Source of the DNA: an uncultured Actinomycetes bacterium
GTDB lineage: Bacteria; Actinomycetota; Coriobacteriia; Coriobacteriales; Atopobiaceae
Assembly (NCBI GenBank): GCA_900318935.1
Contig: ONMP01000003.1
Location: 18,358 to 82,357 of the forward strand
Length of the DNA: 64,000 bases
Reading direction: 5' to 3'
Each line of letters starts with the position of its first letter. Within the stretch, counting starts at the first letter, position 1. The notes under the pieces are model-generated. The model did no database searches, was not told where the DNA came from, and saw nothing but the letters and a program-made list of their open reading frames with translations. Positions 29,898-40,269 of the stretch are shown here, piece by piece. The position numbers and the translations under genes are program-made.

Positions 29898-31733
29898 ATG
29901 TCGTATCTCGATGGGCGCGAGGAATACTATGAGCTCGAGGAGGAGCTAAAGAGTCTTCCCAAGGGAACTATCGTGCGCAAGACCATCTCGGGCAGGAGTT
30001 ACCCGTATCTGCAATGGCATGAGGGCGTCAAGACCAAAAGCCGTTACCTCAAGGCGGGCGAGGTCGAGGGCGTGAAAGCCAAGTTGGCACGGAGGGCGGA
30101 TGTGGAGGCGAGGCTTGAGCAGCTTAAGGGCGTCTTGCCGCCGGCCGCAACCGAGTCAGACGACTATCGCATGATGATTCTCACGGGCGATGAGCTTTCG
30201 CAATTCGCCCGTGCTGCAGAGGGCTTCGGGCATCGCCGATGCTTCCGAGACCTTCAGGAGTTTCTTGGCAGGTGGGAGAGGAGTCGTGTCCTAATCCTCT
30301 ACGGTCTTCGTCGAACTGGCAAGACGACTCTCATGCAGCAGGCGCTTCTTTCCATGGGCGAAGAGGAACGCTTGCGGGCTGCCTACATCCAGTCGCTTCC
30401 GCACGACACAATGACCGACCTCGCGCGTGATCTCCGTCTGCTGCGCCGTCGGGGGTATCGGACAGTATTTATCGATGAGGTGACGCTTCTTTCCGATTTT
30501 ATCGACTCCGCCGCGATGCTCTCGGATGTGTTCGCAGCCATGAGAATGACTATCGTGCTCTCGGGTACGGACTCCTTGGGGTTCTGGTTGGCCTCGGGCG
30601 ATGCCCTGTACGACAGGAGCTTGAGCATACATACCACCTTCATTCCCTTTGCCGAATGGTCACGTCTTCTCGGGATCAATGATGTGGATGACTACATCGC
30701 CTTTGGGGGTACATTCGTGAGGGGCGTGGAGCGCTTCGACGAGCGAGGTGTGTCGCAACTTGAGTCGCCCTTTGTCGATGAGAACTCCGTGCGTCGCTAT
30801 ATCGATACCGCTATCGTGGGCAATATCCAGCACTCGCTCGAGCACTATCGTGACGGGGGGCGATTTGGTTCACTGTACGTCCTCTATGAACGCAATGAAC
30901 TCACAAGCGCCATAAACCGGGTCATCGAGGACATGAATCACCGCTTCGTGCGGCGCACCATAGAGCGCACGTTCGTGTCGCATGACCTGCGGTCGACGGC
31001 GCAGATGTTGCGTGACGCTCCGAATCCTCGTGAACGAATTCTACTGGGCGACTATCTGGATGAGGAGGCGGTCACGGAGCGTCTGCGACATGTGCTCGAC
31101 ATACTGGAAGCCGACGAACGAACGTTGGAAGTGGGTGACGAGGAGCTTGCAGACATACAGGACTACCTCCGTGACCTTGAGTTGATAGACAGCGCGCGAG
31201 TGGTAACCCTTCTTGCAACGGGTCGCAGACGCGAGGGACGCCATACGATCTTCTTGCAGCCTGGCATGCGATACTGCCAGGCAAAAACTCTCGTGCAGTC
31301 CGTGGAGCTGGACGATGCATTCCAGGGACTCTCGATTGCTGCGCGCGAGCACGTGGTCGGGAAGATTCTGGACGACGTACGCGGTCGCATGCTGGAAGAC
31401 ATCGTGCTCTTTGAGACAAGCCAAGCTCTCGCAGGTAGCCATGAAGTGTTCAAGCTGGTCGTGGAAGGCGACCCGCAGCTAGGCATCCGTGCCGGTGAGT
31501 ACGACATGGTGATTCGATCGGTCAGCGACGGCACTGTATCGCTCTACGAGGTGAAGCATAGCGACAAGCAAGCAGTAGGACAGACACGCCATCTTGTGGA
31601 CGAGGCCAAGCTCGCCTTGGTGGAGGCAACGTTTGGCCCAATCGTCGAAAGGTGCGTGCTGTATCGGGGACCCGCGATTGTCTGTGACGATGTGAGCTAC
31701 GCAAACGTGGAGGAGTACTTAGTTGGATTGTAG
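29898..31733 (+). CDS. AAA_14-type P-loop ATPase with a DUF4143-like PD-(D/E)xK C-terminal domain
   Basis: ATG follows ggagg. Walker A is YGLRRTGKTTL and Walker B is VFIDEVT. The C-terminus reads EYDMVIRS...LYEVKHS. Confidence 0.75.
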   Translation: MSYLDGREEYYELEEELKSLPKGTIVRKTISGRSYPYLQWHEGVKTKSRYLKAGEVEGVKAKLARRADVEARLEQLKGVLPPAATESDDYRMMILTGDELSQFARAAEGFGHRRCFRDLQEFLGRWERSRVLILYGLRRTGKTTLMQQALLSMGEEERLRAAYIQSLPHDTMTDLARDLRLLRRRGYRTVFIDEVTLLSDFIDSAAMLSDVFAAMRMTIVLSGTDSLGFWLASGDALYDRSLSIHTTFIPFAEWSRLLGINDVDDYIAFGGTFVRGVERFDERGVSQLESPFVDENSVRRYIDTAIVGNIQHSLEHYRDGGRFGSLYVLYERNELTSAINRVIEDMNHRFVRRTIERTFVSHDLRSTAQMLRDAPNPRERILLGDYLDEEAVTERLRHVLDILEADERTLEVGDEELADIQDYLRDLELIDSARVVTLLATGRRREGRHTIFLQPGMRYCQAKTLVQSVELDDAFQGLSIAAREHVVGKILDDVRGRMLEDIVLFETSQALAGSHEVFKLVVEGDPQLGIRAGEYDMVIRSVSDGTVSLYEVKHSDKQAVGQTRHLVDEAKLALVEATFGPIVERCVLYRGPAIVCDDVSYANVEEYLVGL

Positions 31734-31758
31734 ATGTCCTAACAGACGACTGCGATCT

Positions 31759-32214
31759 CTATGAAAGCTCGGCTAACATCTGCGCGGGGTTGTCGGCGGC
31801 GCGCACGCGACCGAACCGCTTTGCGATAATGCCGTCCTCGTCGATGAGGTAGGTTGTGCGCACGACGCCCATTGATACCTTGCCGAAGTTCTTCTTTTCC
31901 TTCCAGACGTCGTAGGCCTGGATGGCCGTGAGTTCGGTGTCGGAGAGGAGCGTGAAGGGGAGGCCGTGCTTCTCTTCGAAGCGCTTGTGGGAGGCGACGG
32001 TGTCTTTGCTCACGCCGATGACCACAGCGCCCTTCTCGCGGAACTGCGGATAGAGCTCACCGAATGCGCAGGCCTGCTTGGTGCAGCCCGCGGTCATGTC
32101 GCGGGGATAGAAGTAGAGGACAACCTTCTGGCCACGGTAGTCGGAAAGCGAGTGCATCTCACCGTTCTGGTCAGGGAGGGTGAAGTCGGGTGCTTGGGTA
32201 CCGATTTCGAGCAT
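31759..32214 (-). CDS. bcp: Thioredoxin-dependent peroxiredoxin Bcp
   Basis: APDFTLPDQNG...VVLYFYPRDMTAGCTKQACAF. Confidence 0.9.
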   Translation of the reverse strand: MLEIGTQAPDFTLPDQNGEMHSLSDYRGQKVVLYFYPRDMTAGCTKQACAFGELYPQFREKGAVVIGVSKDTVASHKRFEEKHGLPFTLLSDTELTAIQAYDVWKEKKNFGKVSMGVVRTTYLIDEDGIIAKRFGRVRAADNPAQMLAELS

Positions 32215-32459
32215 CGTAAGGCCTTTCTGTCAGGTCGGATAGTGCGGAGCCACTTTCCGAGTATACTCCCGGACAGAATTAGGGAGACAATGAATGGGCG
32301 CACGACGCCTCGTGCGGATTTGACTGGGCTGTGCGCAGACCTCTCGCCGCTCACATGCACCTCTTGTCGCTTGTCATATCACTACAGACGTTGAGATTTG
32401 ATATCTCTGGTACTCTTTCGTTATGCAAATTAAATACGGTGGGGGAATGGGGGTCCACG

Positions 32460-34325
32460 ATGCGCAACGCGACGCGAAAGCAACGTTTCCGGTACTGGTT
32501 CGACAACCTCATGTCGAGGGGGACAACCTCGCTCCTGCTCCTCTTGGGAATCATCACCGCCGTCGTCGCCGTGACGGGCGGCCTGCTCAGCGTGCTGCTC
32601 GGCGGTCCCGACGGCGAAGGCGCGGAGTCGGTGGGCTCGTCCATCTGGTTTACCCTGATGCACGCGCTCAACACAGGCGTACTGGCCAAGGAAGAAGGAA
32701 CCGTCATATACCTCTTTGTGATGACGCTGGTTACCTTGGTGGGCATCTTCATCACGAGCTTCCTCATCGGCACCATCTCCAACGCCATCAAGGACAAGAT
32801 CGCCAACCTGCAGGAGGGCCGCTCCGCCGTCCTGGAGAAGAATCACGTGGTCATCATCGGCTTTGACGAGAACGTCACGAGCATCATCGAGGAGCTGGCG
32901 CTCGCCAACCAGAACCAGAAGGACGCCGTGGTGGTCGTTCTGGCCGAACACGACAAGACCGACATGGAGGACGCCATCCGCGACCGAATCGACGACCTGT
33001 ACGGTACGCGCGTAATCTGCCGCAGGGGCAGGCCGGATAGCCTCAAGAGCCTCGACGTGTGCTCGCTGGACACCTGCAAATCGGTCATCGTCAACCTCGA
33101 GGATGACTTCATGACGGTCAAGACGATTCTCGCCTGCAAGAGCCTGCTGGAGAAGCAGGGCAATACCGATGCGTACGTGACCGCCGTCATTCGCGACCGT
33201 GACGTGCTGCATCCCGCGACCATCGCAGGTGGCGACTCGGCGGAGATCCTGAACTTCCAAAAGACCGTCGCCCGCCTCATGGTGCAGAGCGGACGTCATC
33301 CGGGCATGTCCGACATCCTCTCCGAGCTGCTGAGCTTCCGGGGCAACGAGGTCTACGTCGAGAAGCTCGAGGGCTCTGCGGGGCTGACCTTGGATGAGCT
33401 CAACCTACGGATGCCCAAGTCCACGGCTATCGGCGTGGTCCGCGGTGGGCAGCCCATGCTCAACCCACCGCACGATTCGGTCGTGCAGCCGGGCGACGAG
33501 ATCATTGTGATTGCCTACGACGACGAGGTGACTTCCCTGCAGGCGCCTGCCACGCCGCAGACGGAGCAGTTCGAGCTCGAGCCAAACGTGGCTGAGCCGC
33601 CGCATTCACTGCTCGTCTTGGGCTTCAGCGACATGCTCAAGCAGATCCTGCTCGAGGAAGACGGGCACGCCGCGTCCGGCTCGCGGGTACTGATAGCGGC
33701 TGAGCCGGGCAAGGTCGATGCGTCGAGGCTGCCTGATTCGGACGAGCTGTGCAATGTGGCGGTGGAGCTGCGTGAATGCAGGATTCACTCTCGCAAGGTG
33801 CTCGAAGGGCTGGTTGCGGAGAATCCCTCCAGCATCCTGCTGCTCTCGGATCCGGAGCTTGATGACGAGGAGGCGGACGCCCGCACGCTCATGCTCCAGC
33901 TGCAGCTCAATGACATAGCGGACGAAATCGGCACGGACATCCCGCTCATCGTGGAGATGCGTAGCACGCGCAACCAGCAGCTCGCGCAGATGATGCGCGC
34001 GACCGACTTCGTGGTGAGCAGTCGCATCACCGCAAAGCTCATGGTGCAGGTCGCGGAGGAGCGTCACAAGAAGGCCATTCTGAGCGACCTGCTCTCGGAA
34101 GGCGGCTCGGCAATCTACATGAAGCCCGTCACTCGTTACGTGCATGTGGACCGTCCCGTCGACTACTACACGCTCGGTGCCTCCGCGGCGCGCTACGGCG
34201 AGATTGCCATCGGCTACAAGCGCTTCAACGACGACGGCAGCTTCGAGATCCAGGTCAACCCAAAGAGCAAGTCGGCGGTCACATTCCGCGAGGGCGACGA
34301 CGTCATCGTCGTGGCCCCGGAATAG
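32460..34325 (+). CDS. CASTOR/POLLUX-related putative ion channel with RCK/TrkA-like domains
   Basis: The N-terminus QRFRYWFDNLMSRGTTSLLLLLG is followed by TM helices. Two RCK-like modules follow (HVVIIGFDEN, LLVLGFSDM). Confidence 0.7.
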   Translation: MRNATRKQRFRYWFDNLMSRGTTSLLLLLGIITAVVAVTGGLLSVLLGGPDGEGAESVGSSIWFTLMHALNTGVLAKEEGTVIYLFVMTLVTLVGIFITSFLIGTISNAIKDKIANLQEGRSAVLEKNHVVIIGFDENVTSIIEELALANQNQKDAVVVVLAEHDKTDMEDAIRDRIDDLYGTRVICRRGRPDSLKSLDVCSLDTCKSVIVNLEDDFMTVKTILACKSLLEKQGNTDAYVTAVIRDRDVLHPATIAGGDSAEILNFQKTVARLMVQSGRHPGMSDILSELLSFRGNEVYVEKLEGSAGLTLDELNLRMPKSTAIGVVRGGQPMLNPPHDSVVQPGDEIIVIAYDDEVTSLQAPATPQTEQFELEPNVAEPPHSLLVLGFSDMLKQILLEEDGHAASGSRVLIAAEPGKVDASRLPDSDELCNVAVELRECRIHSRKVLEGLVAENPSSILLLSDPELDDEEADARTLMLQLQLNDIADEIGTDIPLIVEMRSTRNQQLAQMMRATDFVVSSRITAKLMVQVAEERHKKAILSDLLSEGGSAIYMKPVTRYVHVDRPVDYYTLGASAARYGEIAIGYKRFNDDGSFEIQVNPKSKSAVTFREGDDVIVVAPE

Positions 34326-34408
34326 TCGGCCGAAAAGGGCTGTCGTGTCATCCCGCGGGCATGACAGCCACCTCCTTGTTGCGCGTGCGCATCGGGCGGT
34401 CGTGCAGC

Positions 34409-35494
34409 TCACCGGCCGTAGCCAAGGTCGAGCCAGCCCTCGCGGATGCAGATGCGCAGGTCCCACTCGGGTCGCATGGGGTCGTCCACGCGGTAGCTCC
34501 AAAAGCAGCCGCCGATGCCCTTGTCCCATGCGTCGAGCTGGGCGTCCGCAAGCGTACGGTAGAGCGCGCGCTTGCCCTTCGCGTCGAGCTGCTTCTTGAG
34601 CGGTGAGTGGTTGCCGAGGCTCCACTCACCGACAAGGATGCGGTGGTGCTTGGCCGCCGCTTCGATCTGCGCCGAGAAGTCGGCGACCTTGGCGAGGTAC
34701 TCCTTTGTGTCGAAGTGCCTGAACCCGTGCTCGTTGAAGTTCAGGTACATATGCGTGTCGATGACGACGTTGATGTAGCGGGACGCGGGCAAGAGGTGCT
34801 GCCAGCGCCGCAACTCGAACTGGTCATGAAAGACGAGCGCCACGTCGGGGCCCACGATGGGACGAAGCCGCTGGTAGACGCGGTCGTAGAAGGTGAGGAG
34901 CGTCCGTCGCGGAACGGCCCTCGAGTGGACCACACGCTCGGGATAGCGCGTGCGCAGGCGCACGAGGTTTGACCAGAGCACGGCTCTCGTTGCTGGCTCG
35001 TTGAGTGCCTCGATACCCCAGAGCGCGGGATGTCCCGCGTAGCGTCGAGCGATGCGTTCTAGCAGGTTCACCGTGAAGTCGATGCGCTTCGGGTCGCGTG
35101 CCCAGGCGCAGAGGCCCAGGTAGCCACCGTTGTCGAAGCCGTTTTGCGAGAGGGGGACGGTGTGCAGGTCCACGAGCACGCCCATGTGGTGGTGCTCGGC
35201 CCACGCGAAGGCCCGGTCCAGATGCTCGACGCATGCGCTGTGGTGCGGCGAGCCAAAGAGGTGATACGGAACGGGGATGCGCACGAGGTTGATGCCCGCC
35301 GCCTCCATCCACGCGAAGTCCCGCTCCGTGATGTAGGTCGCGCGATGTCGCTCAAGGGCTGCGGCCAGCTCCTCGGGGTCCATCTCGTCAATGAGTCCGC
35401 GATCGTCTTCGCTTCTTGCCGACGAGAGGGGAGATGTGCCCATCCATTTCTCCAAGACCAGCCAATTGCCCAGATTCACGCCACGAACGTTCAT
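34409..35494 (-). CDS. GH5 glycoside hydrolase (exo-beta-1,3-glucanase-like)
   Basis: It has GVNLGNWLVLEKWM, INLVRIPVPY and the catalytic motif IEALNEP. Confidence 0.8.
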   Translation of the reverse strand: MNVRGVNLGNWLVLEKWMGTSPLSSARSEDDRGLIDEMDPEELAAALERHRATYITERDFAWMEAAGINLVRIPVPYHLFGSPHHSACVEHLDRAFAWAEHHHMGVLVDLHTVPLSQNGFDNGGYLGLCAWARDPKRIDFTVNLLERIARRYAGHPALWGIEALNEPATRAVLWSNLVRLRTRYPERVVHSRAVPRRTLLTFYDRVYQRLRPIVGPDVALVFHDQFELRRWQHLLPASRYINVVIDTHMYLNFNEHGFRHFDTKEYLAKVADFSAQIEAAAKHHRILVGEWSLGNHSPLKKQLDAKGKRALYRTLADAQLDAWDKGIGGCFWSYRVDDPMRPEWDLRICIREGWLDLGYGR

Positions 35495-35627
35495 GCGCTC
35501 CTCTTTCTGGCCGCGACGCGTGAGCGACTGGCCTTGCGTTGGAATTTCGATGCCTGGCGGCTTCATGGCCCATTCTAGCCCAGCCGCCCATTGTTGTCCC
35601 ACCCCCGCGCTACTCTCCTATCGAACG

Positions 35628-35645
35628 AACAAACACACGTTTGTT
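35628..35645. promoter_or_regulatory. 7-N4-7 perfect palindrome AACAAAC-acac-GTTTGTT upstream of dinB (candidate LexA/SOS operator)
   Basis: It lies 13 nt upstream of the dinB ATG. Its geometry resembles the GAAC-N4-GTTC Gram-positive SOS box, but with AAAC/GTTT cores. A GAAC-GAAC sequence sits just 5' of it. Confidence 0.35.
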
Positions 35646-35658
35646 GCAAGGAGGGGCC

Positions 35659-36942
35659 ATGGCAAGCAAGGATCGCGCCATACTGCACGTGGACATGAAC
35701 TGCTTCTATGCGAGTGTCGAGATGGCCGAGAGGCCAGAGCTCAGGGGAAAGCCTGTCATCGTGGGTGGTGACGAGGAGAGCCGTCATGGTATCGTGCTCA
35801 CAGCGAGCTATCCGGCCAAGCGCAGGGGTGTAAAGACGGGCTCGGCTCTCTGGGAGGCGAGGCTTGCCTGTCCCGATGCGATTGTCGTGCCGCCGCGCTA
35901 CGGCCTGTACATGAGGTATTCGCGTCTGGCTCGGGAGATGTACAACCAGTACACCGACCTTGTGGAGCCGTTCGGGCTCGACGAGTGCTGGCTGGACGTT
36001 ACGGACGTTGTTGGGCACGCCTGTGCTCGGCAGGCGGAGTCGCTTGCGAGGGAGATTTCCGATCGGGTGAAGAGCGAGCTTGGCTGTACGGTGTCGATAG
36101 GTGTCTCTTGGAACAAGATTTTCGCGAAGTTTGGCAGCGACTACCGCAAGCCCGACGCCATGACCTCCGTTACGCGTGAGAACTATCGTGAGCTCGTGTG
36201 GCCTGCCAAGGCGGGCGACCTTCTCTACGTAGGTCCCGCCACCTCGCGAAAGCTCGCCCTCATGGGCATCCGTACCATCGGTGAACTTGCCTGCGCTGAC
36301 GAGTATGCCGTGCGGCGGCTTCTTGGCAAGCCTGGGCAGGTGGTGCAGACGTTTGCGCGTGGGCTCGATGACTCGCCCGTGCGAACCTACGAGCCGGGTC
36401 TCGGTGACATAGCGCATGTGGTGAAGGGTGTGGGGAACGGCATTACCTGCCCCTTTGACGTGGAGGACGTGACTACGGCCAAGCAGGTCGTGTGGCTCAT
36501 GGGGGAGTCGGTGGCGCAGCGTCTCCGGGCTCTGGGACTCGCCGCTCGAACCGTCGCCGCGTGGGGGCGTGACTTTGAGACCTTGGTGTCGCGCTCCCGT
36601 CAGGCGACGTTCGACAGGCCCACCCAGCTTACGGGGGAGATCTGCTCGGTGGCGGCGAACTTGCTCGTGGCCGACTGGGACTTTGCGTACGGGGAGAAGC
36701 TGAGGGGTGTCGGCGTGCGGGCCTCGAACCTGGTTCCCGCCGAGCAGTGGGTTCAACTCGACATCTTTGGGGAAGAGGGGAGGCGTCAGAGCCTGCTCGA
36801 CCTCGACCGTTGCGTGGATGAGCTGCGCAGGCGCTTCGGCAACCACGCCGTGCGGCGTCTCTCCGAGCTCAGCGACTCGAGGTTGGTCACGATCGATCCC
36901 GAGAGGGACAACGTGGTACACCCGGTGAGCTTCTTTGCGTGA
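35659..36942 (+). CDS. dinB: Y-family DNA polymerase IV
   Basis: SD aaggagg. The sequence reads [31 protein letters not shown]...[16 protein letters not shown]. Confidence 0.9.
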   Translation: MASKDRAILHVDMNCFYASVEMAERPELRGKPVIVGGDEESRHGIVLTASYPAKRRGVKTGSALWEARLACPDAIVVPPRYGLYMRYSRLAREMYNQYTDLVEPFGLDECWLDVTDVVGHACARQAESLAREISDRVKSELGCTVSIGVSWNKIFAKFGSDYRKPDAMTSVTRENYRELVWPAKAGDLLYVGPATSRKLALMGIRTIGELACADEYAVRRLLGKPGQVVQTFARGLDDSPVRTYEPGLGDIAHVVKGVGNGITCPFDVEDVTTAKQVVWLMGESVAQRLRALGLAARTVAAWGRDFETLVSRSRQATFDRPTQLTGEICSVAANLLVADWDFAYGEKLRGVGVRASNLVPAEQWVQLDIFGEEGRRQSLLDLDRCVDELRRRFGNHAVRRLSELSDSRLVTIDPERDNVVHPVSFFA

Positions 36943-37058
36943 TGGAGGTGTCCTTCTTGCATGGCGGTCGGTCGGTTGTGTGTCGGCGTGTGTTAGGATG
37001 GATGCGCTATCTGACGGCGAGGTTCAGTCCGAGCACAAAGAGCGCACAGGGGAGAGGT

Positions 37059-37814
37059 ATGTTAAAAATTGCCATTTATGGTAAGGGTGGCATTGGCAAG
37101 TCCACCATTACCAGCAACCTTGCGGCGGCGTTTGCCGTGCAGGGGAAGCGCGTTATCCAGATCGGCTGCGATCCCAAGGCCGACTCCACCATCAACCTGC
37201 TGGGCGGCGAGCCGCTCATGCCCGTTATGAACTACCTGCGTGAAAACGACGACGATCCGCAGACGATCGACGAGATCGCGCGCGAGGGCTTCGGTGGCGT
37301 GCTCTGCATCGAGACGGGTGGACCCACGCCTGGCCTCGGTTGTGCGGGGCGCGGCATCATCGCTACGTTCAACCTGCTTGAGGATTTGCGTCTCTTTGAG
37401 ACATGGCAGCCTGACGTGGTGCTCTACGACGTGTTGGGCGACGTGGTGTGCGGTGGCTTTGCCGCGCCCATTCGCGAGGGTTACGCCGAGAAGGTCCTCA
37501 TCGTGACCTCCGGCGAAAAGATGGCCCTCTACGCGGCGAACAACATTCATACCGCCGTGCAGAACTTTGAGGATCGCGGCTACGCGCGTGTGGCGGGCAT
37601 CATTCTCAACCATCGCAACGTACCCGATGAGACGGCCAAGGTGCAGGCGTTCGCTCGCGAGCATGAGCTTGCGATCGTGGCCGAGATTCCGCGTTCGGAT
37701 GAGATCAACCACTTCGAGGACAGGGGCCAGACGGTGATAGAGGGCGACCCCACGCTTCCCGTGAGCCAACGATTCCTCGACCTTGCGACGCGCCTGCTCG
37801 CCGGCGAGGTGTAG
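37059..37814 (+). CDS. NifH/BchL/CfbC-family ATPase ([4Fe-4S] 'iron protein'-like reductase component), 251 aa
   Basis: SD gggagagg. The P-loop is [10 protein letters not shown] and the switch I motif is GCDPKADST. Both cluster cysteines are present ([16 protein letters not shown]). Confidence 0.85.
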   Translation: MLKIAIYGKGGIGKSTITSNLAAAFAVQGKRVIQIGCDPKADSTINLLGGEPLMPVMNYLRENDDDPQTIDEIAREGFGGVLCIETGGPTPGLGCAGRGIIATFNLLEDLRLFETWQPDVVLYDVLGDVVCGGFAAPIREGYAEKVLIVTSGEKMALYAANNIHTAVQNFEDRGYARVAGIILNHRNVPDETAKVQAFAREHELAIVAEIPRSDEINHFEDRGQTVIEGDPTLPVSQRFLDLATRLLAGEV

Positions 37815-37815
37815 C

Positions 37816-40269
37816 ATGGCTTGCCCGCATATGGTGTCGCGGCAACGCGGCGCAGAGGAAATGGCCTCCTCCGTGACTCGCTCGGCGGTGGGGTTCACCG
37901 CCGCAGAGCTCGCGCGGCGCGGTATCGACGACCTGCCTGACGAACTCGTGTCGAATCGTCATCTCATCTACAGTTCGCCCGCCACGCTCGCATTCAACTC
38001 GCCTGGCGCGGAGGGTTTTGGCGTCAAGCGCGCTGGCCTTGCGATTCCCGGTTCGGTGATGTTGCTCGTGGCGCCGGGCTGCTGTGGACGCAACACCTCG
38101 CTCGTGAGCGACATGCCCGCCTATCGCGACCGCTTCTTTTACCTCAACATGGACGAGACCGACATCGTGACGGGCCGTCACCTGCGCAAGATTCCGGCAG
38201 CGGTGGAAGAGGTCGTGCGCAGCCTACAGACGCCGCCGTCGGTCGTGATGATCTGCATCACCTGTGTGGACGCGCTGCTCGGCACCGACATGGAGCGCGT
38301 GTGTCGCAAGGCGGAGGAGCGCGTGGGCCTGCCCGTGCGCCCGTGCTACATGTATGCCCTCACGCGTGAGGGACGACGGCCTCCGATGGTGCACGTGCGG
38401 CAGAGTATGTATTCGCTGCTTGAGAAGCGCCCGAAGCGGGCGACCTCGGTCAACGTGCTGGGCTTCTTTGCACCGCTCACGGACGAATGCGAGCTGTATC
38501 GATATCTGCGCGATCTGGGGGTAAAGAAGGTCCGCGAGGTGTCGCGCTGTGCCGACATCGACGAGTTCCAGCACATGGCCGAGGCGAACTTCAATCTCGT
38601 GCTGCATCCCGAGGCGCGCTTTGCGGCGGCGGACCTAGAGGAGCGGCTGGGCATCCCGAGTATCGAGCTGACACGCTTGTACCAGCTTGATCGCATTCGC
38701 ACGCAGTACCGGGCGCTGGGACAGGTGCTCGGTGCGACCTTTGATGACGAGGCTGACTATGCTGCGGCCGAGGCTTCCGTCGAGCGGTTCCGCGCCATGG
38801 CGCCGGATGTGACGTTCGCGGTGGGGGAGTGCCTCAACGCCGACCCCTTCGAGCTGGCGGTCGCGCTCGTGCGCTATGGGTTTGCGGTGCGCGAGGTATT
38901 CGGTACCATCCAGGCCGAGAACTTCGTCTTTGTCCGGCGGCTGGCCGAGCTGAGCCCTGAGACGCGCGTCTACTCAAACATGGAGCCCACGATGATTCAC
39001 TACGACGCGGCGACGTGTCCGGTGGACGTTGCGCTGGGCAAGGATGCGGCATGGTATCACCCCGAGGCGGCGGGCCTGGCATGGAATTCCGACGTGCAGC
39101 CGTATGGCTATGCTGGCGTGCGGCAACTCTTTGAGGAGCTGCTAGGTCTCGTTGTTCCTGGTGAGCCGCACGTCGCGAAGACGCCATCCACTGCTCAGTC
39201 GATGAACCCCAACGGACTCTCTTCTCAGGCGCGTCCCGCCGCTGCGCGGGGTCTGCGCAAGTTCCTCACGCCCTTCGCGCCCGATCAGTCTGGCGCGGTG
39301 AGCGTTCTGTACGAGCTTGGTGGCATCGTGGTTGTCTGTGACGCGGGTGGTTGCACGGGCAACATCTGCGGCTTCGACGAGCCGCGCTGGCATTCTGCGC
39401 GCAGTGCGGTCTTTAGTGCCGGCCTGCGCGACATGGATGCCATTCTTGGCCGCGACGACAAGCTCGTGGACGAGTTGGCCGATGCCGCGGAAAAGATCAA
39501 AGCGAACTTCGCGGCCATCGTCGGCACGCCCGTTCCCTCGGTCATCGGGACGGATTACCGTGCCCTGCGACGTATGAGTGAGCGCCGGGCGGGACTGCCC
39601 ACCATCACCGTCGACACGACGGGCATGGAACTCTACGACGTCGGAGCGAGCAAGGCGTATGTGGCCTTGTTTGACCGCTTTGCCACCGAAGAGCTACCAG
39701 CCGAGCCAGGGCGCGTACTCGTGCTGGGAGCAAACCCCCTCGACCTCGGATGCATCCCTCCCGACGAACGGCGCCTCGCATTCGAAGACGTACGCACCGC
39801 TTCGTCTGCGGAGAAAGCCTTCGTCGTGGCACCCTCGGGCCTTGCGGCTGCGAAACTCCTCAACGAGCGCTTTGGCACACCTTACAAGGTGGGCTTTACT
39901 GCGGGAATGCTAGAAACCATGCTTGGCGACGCGCTCCTCGAATCCTTGCGGTGCGTTCGCGACAAGCGGGTGCTGGTGGTGCAGCAGCAGGTGATGGCTA
40001 ACGCCCTGCGCGACGAGGCGTTGGCAGCAGGTGCCGCCGAAGTGGTGTGCGCCACGTGGTTCATGCTGTCGCCCGAACTGGCGCGGCCTGGCGACCTGCG
40101 CCTGCGCGAGGAGGCTGACTTCGCGCGCCTGGTAGCCGAAGGCGGCTACGACGTGCTGATTGGTGACCCCACGCTCTGGCGACTCGTGCCGGAGTTTGCG
40201 GGTGAGACCATTGACCTGCCGCAGTTCCCTGTCTCCGGCAAGCTCGCGGCAAAGAAGGACCCGCGATGA
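37816..40269 (+). CDS. Fused two-domain nitrogenase component-1-type (NifD/K/E/N-like) protein, 817 aa
   Basis: The ATG lies 1 nt after the stop of the nifH-like gene. The N-half has APGCCGRNTS and ICITCVDALLGTD. The C-half has VVVCDAGGCTGNICGFDEPRW and AIVGTPVPSVIGTDY. Both halves have the Oxidored_nitro-like layout. Confidence 0.75.
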   Translation: MACPHMVSRQRGAEEMASSVTRSAVGFTAAELARRGIDDLPDELVSNRHLIYSSPATLAFNSPGAEGFGVKRAGLAIPGSVMLLVAPGCCGRNTSLVSDMPAYRDRFFYLNMDETDIVTGRHLRKIPAAVEEVVRSLQTPPSVVMICITCVDALLGTDMERVCRKAEERVGLPVRPCYMYALTREGRRPPMVHVRQSMYSLLEKRPKRATSVNVLGFFAPLTDECELYRYLRDLGVKKVREVSRCADIDEFQHMAEANFNLVLHPEARFAAADLEERLGIPSIELTRLYQLDRIRTQYRALGQVLGATFDDEADYAAAEASVERFRAMAPDVTFAVGECLNADPFELAVALVRYGFAVREVFGTIQAENFVFVRRLAELSPETRVYSNMEPTMIHYDAATCPVDVALGKDAAWYHPEAAGLAWNSDVQPYGYAGVRQLFEELLGLVVPGEPHVAKTPSTAQSMNPNGLSSQARPAAARGLRKFLTPFAPDQSGAVSVLYELGGIVVVCDAGGCTGNICGFDEPRWHSARSAVFSAGLRDMDAILGRDDKLVDELADAAEKIKANFAAIVGTPVPSVIGTDYRALRRMSERRAGLPTITVDTTGMELYDVGASKAYVALFDRFATEELPAEPGRVLVLGANPLDLGCIPPDERRLAFEDVRTASSAEKAFVVAPSGLAAAKLLNERFGTPYKVGFTAGMLETMLGDALLESLRCVRDKRVLVVQQQVMANALRDEALAAGAAEVVCATWFMLSPELARPGDLRLREEADFARLVAEGGYDVLIGDPTLWRLVPEFAGETIDLPQFPVSGKLAAKKDPR

